64,000 bases of DNA from Oculina patagonica (taxonomy: Eukaryota), in assembly GCF_052425735.1 (NCBI RefSeq), contig NC_135763.1, positions 37,448,001-37,512,000 of the forward strand, given 5' to 3'. This document shows positions 1 to 12,700 of the stretch, in pieces; position 1 is the stretch's first letter; each line of letters opens with the position of its first letter. The notes below the pieces were generated by a model that ran no database searches, was not told the DNA's origin, and saw only the letters and a list, made by a program, of their open reading frames with translations. The position numbers and the translations under genes are program-made.

Positions 1-357
1 AACTTGAACTAAATTTCGTTTCCCTTGATCAAAATTTGGGCCAAATTTACCCCGATAACTCAAATTCCGGTTCCTGCAACTCACCGCGGTTGCCCATTGA
101 TTAGAACAACAAAACAGATCACGTATTTGACAGCCTTTTTCCACTCTTATCCTAAGAATTTATGATCGTGTTAGAGTTTCTGACGCGATAAGTTTAATTT
201 GCACTGTGCTGAATACTGAAATGCTGTAAAATCAGTTAACTATCAATTATTAACTTGGCAAATTAAATATTCAATCTACCCCGATAACTCGAAACCGCGC
301 TAACTCGAATGGTTTTTCGTTTCCCTTCAGAGTTCGAGTTACCGGGGTTCTACTGTA
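1..357. mobile_element. Right part of a TA-flanked MITE (CAGTNGAACCCC-type TIR, Tc1/mariner-pogo-like)
   Basis: Ends gagttaccggggttctactg-TA with internal taactcga subrepeats. Same family as the copies at 11735-11910 and 61954-62128. Confidence 0.65.
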
Positions 358-416
358 TTACTTTAAGGGTAAATTGTTATCAGGAATAACACAGTTTTGT
401 TTTCATTTGTCTCTAG

Positions 417-727
417 GACATCCCACAAACTATGGACTTTTACAAAAACTTCAGGAAAAGTGGAAAAAAGAGGCAGCTATGGAGAGCCTGGGGACAAATG
501 TAACGACATACAATCTGTCGTACAACCCTCATCCAAGGGAATCTTTTTCTTACCAACACCATGCCCCATCTAAGAGTATCTCATGTCACTTTCATCCTCA
601 TCGTGTCAACAAAGATCTGCATTTACGCGGGAAACAGATGAACAGTGTTCCAGAATTTCCACCGACTCTTGCTGTTCCACACAATGTACCACCTGATTTT
701 CCACAATCAACAATTCTCATGATTTAA
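417..727 (+). CDS. CFAP107: Terminal exon of a CFAP107/C1orf158-like ciliary protein (upstream exons lie outside the window)
   Basis: Acceptor ttgtctctag at 416, stop at 727. The peptide HPTNYGLLQKLQEKW...TTYNLSYNPHP resembles my recollection of the C1orf158 C-terminus (PTNYGLYEQLKQ...STYTSSYPRPP). Confidence 0.65.
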
Positions 728-1671
728 AATAATACTGATTGGTGGTATTGATTGCTTAAAAGGAACTTTTCCCTCACTCCACTTCACTTCACGTTCCCAG
801 ATTCTAAATAACCTCGACAAGTTTATAAAAGTTAAAAAATGATTTTTATTCTCTTTTTGTAAAGAGGTATTCATTGTATCACATACACCTATGATAACTT
901 ACAGCTTGTTTTCCCCAGATAACCAAAAAAAGATTAAGAAATCTCTGAAAGCGTCATAAAAAAATTTCCCAAGAAGTTCATCTTCATGTCTTTTAATGTG
1001 TACCAAACAAATAATGCTGTGAACTAGCAGTGCTCTAGTTGTTCCACCATGCAGGCAGTTTTCAGCCAACAAGCTGTAAGCTTATAGTTGGTGACCCAAA
1101 ACACATCAATTTTGACACCCATAGCTGATCACTTAAAAGTACATGTATGTGGCAACTATAAACTACCGGTAAATCATGAAAAGCTAGTAATAACAGTCCC
1201 CTAGTTTAAGAAAGGCAGCTCTGTGAATTCTACTAACAATAAAGAAAACACCATTGCCAGCATCTAGCTATCTAGTAGTATCTCAGTTAACAAATAAAAC
1301 TTCAAACTAAAAAAAAAAGAAAATGAGATAAGCCATTTTTTCCTTGAGATAAAACATTTACAACCTGAATATCTGAAACTATTATGAAGTCACAGTAATG
1401 TAGTTATAGAGAGTGAAGATTAACTGGCAAGCTTGTTTCAAAAGAAAAGTGTGAGATATCAATGGAACTAACTTCTGTAAAAAGCAGTTTGAAAGAAGTC
1501 AATTCATGACTTGTGCAATTGAGATAAATTTGTAATATATTTTTAAAAAATAAAGTTATTGTACTTTTTTACATACAAGGTTATGGCATTTTAATTTAAT
1601 TCTTATAGGTTACCATTTAAATAGTAAATTATTAATCTATCCCTGTACCCTCAGCATCCTTTATCATTGTG

Positions 1672-1917
1672 TTACTTGGTTGGTTCTTTTTTCCTAGTCA
1701 CTGGTAATTTTCTATTTCCAGGCCGATGCAGTTGTTGTGGATTATTCTCTGGAACTGCCATTAGTAGAACTTGTTCTAGGATTATTGCAGTCAGCCCCCA
1801 TATCCGGTGAGGTCCATTAAGAAATAGCGGTAAGACAGCTTGTGATGTAAACTTGGTATACCCGCGATTGATTGGATTACAGACATGCTCCAGAGTAAGC
1901 GTAAAGACAGATTCCAC
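1672..1917 (-). CDS. NUDT8: NUDT8 distal alternative last exon (VESVFTLTLEHV...IWGLTAIIL...KKEPTK)
   Basis: Acceptor gtctgcag at 1918, phase 0, open to the stop at 1672. Confidence 0.8.
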   Translation of the reverse strand: MESVFTLTLEHVCNPINRGYTKFTSQAVLPLFLNGPHRIWGLTAIILEQVLLMAVPENNPQQLHRPGNRKLPVTRKKEPTK

Positions 1918-4900
1918 CTGCAGACATGGCAAATGATTATGGAATCTCAGATGACGCTAAAGCGACTCAGATTTGTCCTTGTTACTGTTTTTTCGAAATA
2001 ATTTTAGATGTCAAATAATTTGTAGCCTGAGCTGCAGACAGTCCAAAATTAACTGCTGGTGAATTATGTGACATGCGTGGCTGCACCACAATTATTTGTC
2101 AAGTGATAGAAATAATTTATCATTGAAAAGAGTAAGAAGAATTTTGATCACATCTTGTGATTTTAAGGGTCATTTGAGTGTGGAGTAGATAGTTTAGTAA
2201 ATGCCAGAGTATATCAAAGCACTCATATTGACATTCTTAAATGGTCCAAAAGAAAACAAAATCCATTAACCCTGGCCAGCTATCAGACAGGATTTTCTTT
2301 GCATGCTGAAGTTTTCTCCTGGGACCAGTCATCAAGTGTGTAATAACTAACAATCACACTTGTTACTTAAAATACCAGAGCGCCAAAAACATTTGTGCCT
2401 TCAACAACCCCCCAACAGTTTCTGAATTCTGATATTTTGACAGCTTTTCAGCGTGTTACTTAAGATACGTTATTTGGCAATTTATCCTAAACCATGCCCT
2501 TTAATTTCAAGCACCCTTTGATAAAACTCAGGACATAACACAGCCATAACAGAATCAAGGACTATGGCTGTGAGGCCCCAAATTCTATAAGGACCATTAA
2601 TAAATACAGGTCTTTTCATGATGGACACTCTAAGGTGTTTGTGTTTTGTGTATCTTTGATTCTTAGCGCTGCACAGATGATCCAATGAAAGAGTGAAGAC
2701 TGATGCGACCTGCGAGGGTAGATAAAGTAAACAACTCCTTTCAGTTTGAAGACCATGACCAAGGCTTCTATTGATTTATGTTTTGGTCTTTATTTTCATT
2801 CAGTTTTCTATGACTTGAGCCTTGAATTTCCAAGAATGATCAAATTTTCTTTGTGATGTCACATTTGTCATTGATACCACCACATTCCCAGTTTTAACTC
2901 AGCGCTATTTTCATTGCTACTATCTGAACAAATTTAAATCTGATTCAACTGATAATACTAACACCCTCCGAGCGACTTGGCCTCCTGGCAAAAACCTCAA
3001 ACATTACTAGAAGGGCAAGCAAGCACCTGTCTCCCTTTACATGTTCATTTCTTTCCCATGATCTTTTGCTAGCAGCAGTCTCTCTTTTGCTCTTAAGTCC
3101 ATAGGGACAAACACAAAAGTGTACAAGCTCTCTTCTTCCGGCACCCTTGCTTCTTGCAGCTTGTGGCTTCACCGCTCATAAAACACACTCGCTTTCATAA
3201 TTATGTCCCCACAGACTTAAGAACAAAAGAGAGACTGTTCGCAGTTTATTTGCAAAATCACTGCAAAGTGTAAACCTTACATGAATGTATTTAGAGCCTA
3301 ATGCTGCAAAGATATTACACCTTACTCTTACCTCTTCCGGGTTCAGTTCAAGTGAATTAACATCAATTTCTCCAATAAAACCAATGACTGGAGTTATGGC
3401 AATTTTACCAAGCTAACAAAAATGGCAGAAAAATTATTAGTTAATAAAAGGCAGGGGATTTACAAACAAAACAAACAAACTGTACGCAGTTCATAAATAA
3501 GCTAACAGCTACTTTTAGTACGAAAACATACTCCCCTTGGAAATCTCTCATGACAAGTGTTCTTTTTACAACTGCATTCCACCTGCACATTGCTGAGGTA
3601 CCGGTAAGTCTGTTTCAATATGGGAATCAAAGAAGGCTGACTTTTGCAGCTCATCAGTGGTGTTAAACTCTGATTGCCAAGGTATGAACTCAAAGGCAAC
3701 AAGTACTCCCCCTCGATGGGATACTGGTCTATTTTCCCAGGTTGTTACCTAAAACAGCTAAGTCATGGTACCCCAGCAATTTGCTGGAATGCATAATTTA
3801 TAGACCAAGTTGGAGAGAAGTACTATAAGGGTAACGTCTCTTGCCCAAAATGCGCAAATTAAAGTGATTACCCTATCTGGCATTGCTGGCATCTGTGCCC
3901 AGACTTGAACATGTCTTTTTTCTAGTCCCAGTTCCTCTTCCATTTCTCTGACAGCTGTATCTACCACACTCTTGTCTTCAGGATCTCTTTTACCTCCAGG
4001 GAAACTGAAACATTTGTTACGCAAAACATGCTTTAATAACTTTTTTATATGGTTCAAATGAAAATAAGAATCAACTCCCAGATATGCGTTTTAGCTGAAA
4101 CCTCTCTGTGCACTCTTTTCTAAATGTAAATGAAAGTGCACCATTTGGCAATTTAATAACATGGCAGTATGTTGAGTGAATACCAATATCCGCAGTACAA
4201 ATATATATGAAATTTATTATATTTATTTCATATCTTCTCCATCCACAGGTATATTACGAACTCACAAGTGACCAGCTCCCAGTTGGCTTCATAGCTCAGT
4301 TGGTTGGAGCGCTGCACTAGTATCACAGAGGTCATGGTTTCGATTCCCGTTCAAGCCTAAATTTTTTTCAGGCTTGCTTTTCTCAGCTGCTTAAGTTGAG
4401 TTCATTACTGCGATGATCTTTCATTTGCTTAAAATTTATATCCACAGTACAAATATATGAAATTCATATATTCATTTCATATCTTCTCCATCCACGGGTA
4501 TATTACGAACTCACAAGTGACCAGCTCCCAGTTGGCTTGATAGCTCAGTTGGTTGGAGCGCTGCACTAGTATCGCAGAGGTCATGGGTTTGATTCCCATT
4601 CAAGCCTGAATTTTTTTCAGGCTTGCTTTTCTCAGCTGCTTAAGTTGAGTACATTACTGCGATGATCTTTCATTTGCTGAAAATGTATATCTGCAGTACA
4701 TTTCATATTATGTGTCTTGTTACAATGTAACAACTTTAACCAGGGCAATTAAAAGAGAATGGGGACAATTGGTCCCAAAGTTCAAGCACTGAGACAATAG
4801 TTCTTCAACAAAATTTGAAACCATGCAAAGTTGTGAACTTTGAAAATCGAACATAAAGTTTGACCAGGAGGTTGGCAGCTACCTTTGTTCTTCCCGCTTT

Positions 4901-5683
4901 TAAACTCTCTATGATTGCCCAGTAAAACAATCTGGATTCATTTGAGAACCATTCCATCCCTACAATTTAATCTCACTTGCAGTCGTTTTTAGTGTTTCCA
5001 CACAAGGCTCCTAAGGAACGTTTGCGTTACGATACTAAAAAAGGTTGCGAGGGAGACTAGTTGCAATTTGACCTGTCTGTGTATTAAAAAGGTCACCATC
5101 TTTTCCCACATTATGGTTCCACATTAATGTCTTGATTGGCCAACGTTCTTTCCTATGGCCTGGTTCAACTCATCACCCTGTAATAATAAAAATATTATTT
5201 TATTTTACTTTAGTAAGTAAAATTAGAAAAAAATACTGACCTTACTTCTCCTCTGTGTTTGTTTAACTGATTTGAACGAAGAGTAAAGAGTACAGAGGGA
5301 ACAGAGTTGACATTACAGAAAGGAACAAAAACACCAGCCTCTTCAGTACAACTTGCTAACAAAGATCTGCGAGTTTTCATCCTCCCAAGCTGCTTGACAA
5401 GGCGCTCTTTGTTATCTTCCGTGAAAGCATCGTTTAAATTTGAACACGTCCTTGTCAAACTGGAAGTTCGTATTGTTCTCGTGGAGCTATATCTTGTTAA
5501 ACCAGGCCTTTTGCTACATTGTGCACAACAAGACGAGGCAACAGTTACGTAACATCTTGAAAAATGTTCTGCAGGCCCAAGATGAGACGTAAGCTTGCTA
5601 TGAAAAGTTCGAGGAGATACTAATTTAAATTTCTGCGAATGATGGAAAATCCTCCGAACGGCTTTGGTTGCCGTGAAGCTCAT
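1672..5683 (-). CDS. NUDT8: Nudix hydrolase, NUDT8-like CoA diphosphatase with an N-terminal mitochondrial-type presequence
   Basis: Exons 5683-5241, 4004-3872, 3412-3332, then either 2709-2482 or 1917-1672; all GT-AG and phase-compatible. CoA motif LFTLRS...HRGEVSFPGG, Nudix box GGKRDPEDKSVVDTAVREMEEELG, LNPEEV and IWGLTA are present. The N-terminus is Arg/Ser-rich. Confidence 0.9.
2482..2709 (-). CDS. NUDT8: NUDT8 proximal alternative last exon (VASVFTLSLDHL...IWGLTAIVL...GHGLG)
   Basis: Acceptor ctcgcag at 2710, phase 0, open to the stop at 2482. Homologous to the distal exon. Confidence 0.8.
   Translation of the reverse strand, partial: VASVFTLSLDHLCSAKNQRYTKHKHLRVSIMKRPVFINGPYRIWGLTAIVLDSVMAVLCPEFYQRVLEIKGHGLG
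4186..4710 (+). repeat. Two tandem ~249-bp units, each with a tRNA-Thr(AGT)-like cloverleaf (4285-4358, 4534-4607), in NUDT8 intron 1
   Basis: GGCTTGA..TAGCTCAGTTGG..CTAGTAT..TCAAGCC, followed by a T-run and near-identical flanks. Confidence 0.8.
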
Positions 5684-6022
5684 TTGAAGAGTTCCAACCC
5701 AGCGATAACGAATAATTGATCAAATGATATTAATCTTTTGTGACCAAACAGTTATTAACGCACTGTCTTCTTCCTCAGCGCGGGAATTACTGGTCTGCTT
5801 GAAGACTAAACCTCAGAAATACGGCCTCTCTTTAAACATATAAATTCCAACGAAGCTAAGATCAATTGTACAATCTACATTGAAATTCCTTTGTCCAAAA
5901 TGCCGGCAAAGTGAAATTCTTGGCGCCATTTTGATTGTTGACGAACAAATTGTCATGTACGCTGCATGAATGTTCTCTTTATGACAACACCGCTGTTCAA
6001 CAGTGAGCCTACGTTTCCCAAG
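5684..6022. promoter_or_regulatory. Probable bidirectional promoter of NUDT8 and GSTK1
   Basis: The divergent ATGs are 340 bp apart. YY1-like motifs face opposite ways: GCGCCATTTTG at 5923-5933 and AAGATGGCGG at 6020-6029. Confidence 0.55.
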
Positions 6023-9000
6023 ATGGCGGTCGCCAAGAGAACTGTGGAGCTGTTTTATGATGTTCTTTCACCGTATTCGTGGGTTGCGTTTGAGGTAATT
6101 TTACTGATTTTTTAAAAATTCTTTTACTGATATCGTACTCAAAAGAAAAGACCTGTAAAGAAGCCCTTTGTTTGGGATTTGACTGGAATTCACACTGCAC
6201 TGCAGGGGTCGATGTCACGTTTATGCACCTATCAATGGTTTGCCCCAGGAGGGGGGGGGAGGGCAACCCCAGGGGAATTTGACATTTTTTGGAATCCAGA
6301 GCCGATTTCCCCACCCCTGGGCACCTAGCGAATGTCAAATTTCACATATCTCCTCATAAATTTCTAACCCAGCAGACCATTTTAGATGTCAAAATCCCTT
6401 CCCTGGGAGAGCTTCACAAGTCAAATTCCCGTGGGTTGCCCGCCCCCCCCCCCTCTCCCCATCCTGGGGCAAACCATTGATAGGTGCATTACTTTTGGCA
6501 ACAAACTAGCCTTGAAAGTTCCTTTTCTTCCCTCAAAATTTTATGCGGAAAAACAATAAAATTCATCGTCAAATGCTGCTTCCCATGTGGATAATAGGGT
6601 TGGAGACAACTGAAATAGAAATACTCCTTTACATAAAGGGGAAACAAAGTTCAAAGTTCAGCCTCAAAACAAGAACGATATATCCAAACCTTAACAGTCC
6701 TATTCAAACAAAATTAGTTTTCTCTCAATTGGAAAATATTTTTTATCAGGCAAAATGTTATTCTGAGACAGTTTTTCTCTAAAAGGGCTCTGCAAAAGTC
6801 TGGGGAGTGGGGGGTGGGGGTGCTCCCCCAAATACCTATATGGGTATATGCCACCCAACAGGGTCGTGATTTTAGGCTCCCAATCTTGAATGGGGTATCC
6901 ATGTTCCTAGAACAGGGTATGATATTTTGAATGCATGAAGGTTTAGATTATTAGTAGCCAAAGAACGGGGTATCATTTTGATTGCAAATTCTTTCTACAA
7001 TGGGGTGCTACTTGGTGACCCGGGCAGCACATACCCACCCAAAACATACCTGAGGACTCCCCTCCCCCAGGTGCAAAAGCACCCAACAACAAATATCATG
7101 TTATTAAAAAATACTAGTTTCAAGTGACTGAAGACTGTTTCAACCAGTAGAAAATGTGTTTGGTAATTTTCCAACAACATGCACAAAAACTGAAATTAAT
7201 ATATTTTCCTTCTAGTTATAAGGCTTCGATAATGGAGTAAATTGGGAGAACATGGGTCAAATTGGGAAATTTTAGATCAAGTCAAAAAGGGGTATCATTA
7301 TGTGAAGTAATTGATCACCCTTGCAATGTTTACTTGTGAAACTTTTTTATTTTAACCTTTCATGCACCAAAAGGGGAAACACTTTTTTTTTCCTCACAGG
7401 TTCTCTGTAGATATCGACCCAAATGGAATTTAGACTTACAGTTTCGTCCTTTTTTCCTCTCTGGAATCATGGCTGGCACAGGTATACAGTGTTACATAAT
7501 TTCTGATCAGCCTAGTAACGCCAAATTGAATTGGTTTGTTTAGCATCAAATCAGGGCTCTCAAAGAGAATTATTTTGTATTTAATAGGTAACCAACCTCC
7601 AGCAATGGTTCCAGCCAAAGGTGCCTACATGGCTAAGGATATCCAAAGATTGAGGGATTTTTATGGAATTCCTATAGTTGAACCATCTGTAAGTATTGAC
7701 CTTGACTTTCAGACAGATGGGGGTGGTGTGGGGGCTCGGCTTAATTTCAAGCCATAAATCAGTAAAGCCTGGTTCGCGCTTGTAAGATAAGCACAAGCAT
7801 AAGAACAATGCCAGTGTGCTCTGAGATGACTTGAAGAGCTCTGGAGAAGAATGGCCCCTGGAATTTCTGGCTAAATCGAACATTCTCAAAACAGCTCCAA
7901 ATAATTTGCGCATGCAGGTTTGTTTACGTGTGCTAAACACTGTCCTGTGTTTCATTTCGCTGGTCTTTCGTTCGTTTTTGAAAAATAACATATGCAAAAA
8001 AAAAGATTTTGTAGCTTACATTGTCCACAGTAATCCAGCACTAGACATTTTTCCACGCATCGCATGTGCAAATCTTGCCTCGGACTTTATTAAGTGTCCG
8101 GGTTAGTTTTTTTTTTGGGGGGGGTTTTTTGGAGAAGAGAAAGGCCGGCAGGGCCAAGTGGTAAATAAAGTCTAAAAACACAGATCTCTTGTCCTGAACT
8201 ATGTCAGTGTGAGTTTTGCAGTGTCCCCTTGGGTGCTGCAGTGCCAAAGTTGCCGAGAAGCGAACTGGTTTTAGACTTTAAACAATTCTTTAGATGTTTT
8301 GCAGGTTACCTTCCCTTCGCAAAATTTTTTCTGTGCCTCATTAAATATTCATCAATCAATCTATCCTCAGAAGTTTATCTCAGAAGTTTATCTTGTTTTC
8401 GCGGGATTTTGTACATGTGTGATGATGTAAGGAGTGGAGATAGAAGTGAGAGCAAGCCGGCGGCACTTAACTGAAAGCAAAACTAGTATAAAGTGGAAAC
8501 ACGAGCTTTTTTTTGTGTTAGGGCTAGGCCTGTAATCCCAAAACTTTAGCTGGTTTCATTGTTTTGAGGAACAAAAGGTTTCCTTTGTTTATTGTTTGTG
8601 AAAGAAAAGTCCTAAAGGCGCTGCCAGTAAAAAACCTTGTCTTTTGCATGTGTTATTTTTTGAAAACGAACGAAAGACCAGCGAAATGAAACACAGGCAG
8701 TGTTAGTCACGTAAACAAACCTGCTTGCGCAATTTGGAGCTGTTTTTGATAATGTTCGAATTAGCCAGAAATTCCAGGGGACGTTCTTCTCCGGAGCTCT
8801 TCAATTATGCATAAAGAAAAGAAATTAAAATGTTTCTTTTTCTTGTGCTTGTGCTTAATTAAGCTCATTTCATTAGTGTTATGCCTTTTCCACTAGTGGG
8901 AACCAGAGTGTGAGAAAATAACAATCACAAGATTTGGGGGTAGACGTGGCTTCTATCATGCAGCGTTAATCAGAATTTCAAAAGCAGAGTGCTTGTGGAT

Positions 9001-9457
9001 GTCGTCTTGTGCTTGTGCTTATTGCAAATGTGAACATCATTGTGATCATGATTGGGCTAAACACTTGTGTTTATTTCACAAGTGGGAACCAGGCAGAAGA
9101 AAGCAGGTGGACTTTCTAATGTTTTAGTGCTGTTACTGGTAAGTAAAACAAATGTTCACAAATAAAGGGGTAATAATTTGAAAGGGGGAAAATGTGATGG
9201 ATGAGAGGGGTCTTAAAAGAGAGGGGACTTTTTAGTAAACATTGTTAGTTTAACCATTATCTCTTATCCAAAGCTAAGGTTAGATATTAAGTCCTCAAAG
9301 TGAAAGTTTTCAATACGTACTTCCTTTCACCTTTGTTCTACAGGATTTTGTTAACACCATGTTTAAGAAAGGTATTGATTCCCTTTTGTGTAATTAGTAT
9401 TTTAGAAAGAAGCAAATTAAAAAAAAATGCATTTATTGAAAATATAAGTAGTAAACG

Positions 9458-9489
<32 letters not shown>

Positions 9490-9704
9490 TGAATTTTTTT
9501 TTCAGGCTTCTTTATTCCAGTTGCTAAATTGGAAATTCACTGCGATGATCATTTATCACTCTCATATACATCCGCAGTTCATATATAATCATTTCATATA
9601 CAATACATCATTCACTCCTCTCACGGGAAAATATGAACTCACAATTGACCCCGCCCCAATGTGTGGCTTCAATAGCTCAGTTGGTAGAGCATCGCACCGG
9701 TATC

Positions 9705-9738
<34 letters not shown>

Positions 9739-12700
9739 GAATTTTTTTTTCAGGCTTCTTTATTCCAGTTGCTTAAATTGAAATCACTGCGATATCATTT
9801 ATCACTCTCATATACATCCGCAGTTCAATATGAATCATTCATATACAATACATCATTTCACTCCTCTCACGGGAAAATATGAACTCACAATTGACCCCGC
9901 TCCCAAGTGTGGCTTCAATAGCTCAGTTGTAGAGCACGCACCGGTATCGCGGAGTCACGGGCGAATCCCGTTGAAGCCCTGAATTTTTTTTTTCAGGCTT
10001 CTTTATTCCAGTTGCTTAAATTGGAAATATGCGATATCACCTATCCGTGATATAATCTCCCTACGGGCGCCCCGCCAAGGAATAGTCAGTTGTAGAGATC
10101 GCACCGGCGCGGAGGTCATGAAGTGATAGGTTAGTTTACACTTATCCGAGGAACTTCTAGGGATGACCCCAATTGGAACGTGTAGAAATCACCCACTCGT
10201 CTTGACCCCGCTAATTTGGAGCTAGTGAAGTGCCGTAGCACGGGGCCCGGTGAGTATCAGAGTAAATCCGCAGTCGCCTGTGGGGTGAGGGTATAAGGGC
10301 CGCAGTGTAGTAGTTGTGAGGCGGGGTCAACGATCCTTAGGTTGACTGCTAATGTGTGGAGAGTGGGTAGGTGCGAGTCCTTGGGCTGATGTAGAGCAGA
10401 GTTGGTTGCCGCTATGTGTAGGTGAGGGGATGAGTGGATGCCCGTGGTGGAAGAGGGGAGGAGGCGTGAGTCAGAGTTGGCAAGAGTCCTTTAGGGGATC
10501 GCTGGGGCGGTGAGATAGTAGGTGTATAAGAGACATTGTGATCATGACCGTTGTGGGTGTGAGGGGGGGGTCGGAGGGGTCGGACTCAGGCGATTTGAGA
10601 GGAGGGAGGGGCGATGTTAGGTCAGTGTGATAACAACGCAGTATGATCTGGGTTGAGCCGCTCAATTGGATAGCTAGTTGGTAGAGATCGCACCGTTGGG
10701 GTGGCAATCCGTTGAAGCCTATTTTTTTTTAGGCTTTTTATTCCAGTTTTAAATTGGAAATTCTGCGATGATCATTTATCACTCTATATACATCCGCAGT
10801 TCATATATGAATCATTTCATATACAATACATCAAACTAAAATTAGACTGAACAGGTTTAGCTCTTTGGGTTTATGATATTGTTCACAGCTGGGACAGAAT
10901 CCTTCACACCTAAAGTCAGTTCCACTATGAAGTTATAAATAATGTCTTCTATAAACATTTTTTGTCAGTTCTTTCTTTCAGTTTAGTTCATACTTTTGCA
11001 TTAAGCAGCGCTGTTATTAAGTGTGTCAAATTTTACTATTCAGTCTAGATATGCAGTTTATGTTTTTAGTTTATGATGATCAACAGTAGAAAAATGTCCT
11101 TAAATTTGACCTTTTGTCAGTAAGTATTTATTTAATGTTATCCCTCCAGGTTCCTTGTCTGCCATGCGCCTTATTACAGCTGCCAGCAAGTACCATCCAG
11201 AGAAAGTTGAACCTCTTAGTCGCGAGTTTTGGATGAGAATTTGGTCTAGGGTGAGTTGATATTCAGTGTTCAAAGTGAATCTTAAAAACTCCTACATGAT
11301 GATCTTGTAAAATTTTTAATGATCTAACTACTGGTCAAGGTGCCACTCAGAGTGTTGTCCAAAAATGAGTTGAAGAAAATGATTTACTTGTTCTTTGTTT
11401 TAGGATGAAGACATAGTGGATCCTCAGAGTCTCCAGGAGGTAAGGGCGTCACTTGCTGAAGCCAATGTGATGAAACACTGTCTCTTGTGTTTGATATATT
11501 AGAGTGCCAGAACCTGCTAATAATTACGGTAACTACATCAGAGTGTAGGGAAGGGATTTGCCCTATGACCACCCCCCCCCCCCCTCACCCCTCTGGAAAT
11601 TCCAATTTAGCTTCATACATTGATTTAAAGTTTTGGGTCTTTGTCACCCCCCTCCCCCCTCCCTGGAATTTCCAATGCCTTCTGTGGGGGGAGTATGGAT
11701 ATTTTCTAGAACCACACAATTTGACTTTATAATACAGTTGAATCCCGCTAACTCACACCTTCAAGGGAAATCGAAAAAGGTTCGAGATATCGCGAGCTCG
11801 AGTTATCGAGGGTAAAATTAGTAAGAAAACAACCTGGAGGGGAATCAGAAAAGGTTCGAGTTAGCGAGAGCTTTGAGTTATTGAGGGTTTGAGTTATTGA
11901 GATTCAACTGTACAACTTTCATGGTTGCAATATTCAAATGCTTGCATGAAGTTCATTTGTATTTATAATTAATTTTTTTTGGACAGTGAGAAAGATATCT
12001 GTGACCATTAATGAGCAGCAAACAGAGGAGAGGTAATAATTGTGTTGTAGTTTTGACAATTTCCTGTTTGTTATCAGGTGTGCCAAAAGGTTGGATTAAG
12101 TGGAGATGAGAGCCAGTCCCTCATGAGTAAGATTGGTGATCAGGAAATTAAAGATAAACTGAAAGACACAACACAGAAAGCTCTCGACTTGGGGGTAGGT
12201 AGACTGGAAAATGTGTGATCTACATGTGTCTGTCATGATTACTTTTATCACTCAGGGTTCGTACACTCAGGTCATGCAAAACCTTGAAAGTCATGGAATT
12301 TTAGAATTTCATTTTGCAGGCCTGGAAAGTCATGGAATTTAGTTTGGGTCATGGAAAGTCATTGAAAATGGTATTGATTGTACAAAATAAATTACTGGTA
12401 GGCAGGTTATTTTTTGTGAAGAAAAGGGTAAAAATTTGGATCAATTTAGTTTCTGGGAAACGCTCACCACCCCCCCCAAACCTAACATTTTGCCCAAAGC
12501 GAAAGTAAGGGTAATGTTAGGTGGGGAGGAGGCAGTCCCAGAAACCTAAATTGATCCAAAATGTTATAGAAATCAAGATAATTTTTGAAGATTTCCAAGA
12601 AAAATGGTCAAATTTAGGTCATGGAAAACTTTGAAAAGTCATGGAAAGGGTCATGGAAAGTCATCAACCTAAACATGAATCCTCCTAAAGAATGCAGAGA

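Noticed and set aside
4285-9738. Functional tRNA-Thr genes
   Set aside because: They sit in repeated ~250-bp units, have an A-C mismatch at the base of the anticodon stem, and some have an altered T-loop or lack U33. Treated as tRNA-derived repeats.
10030-10705. Novel G-rich element or the ORF at 10471-10707
   Set aside because: It contains garbled traces of the flanking repeat unit, consistent with low-quality long-read consensus.
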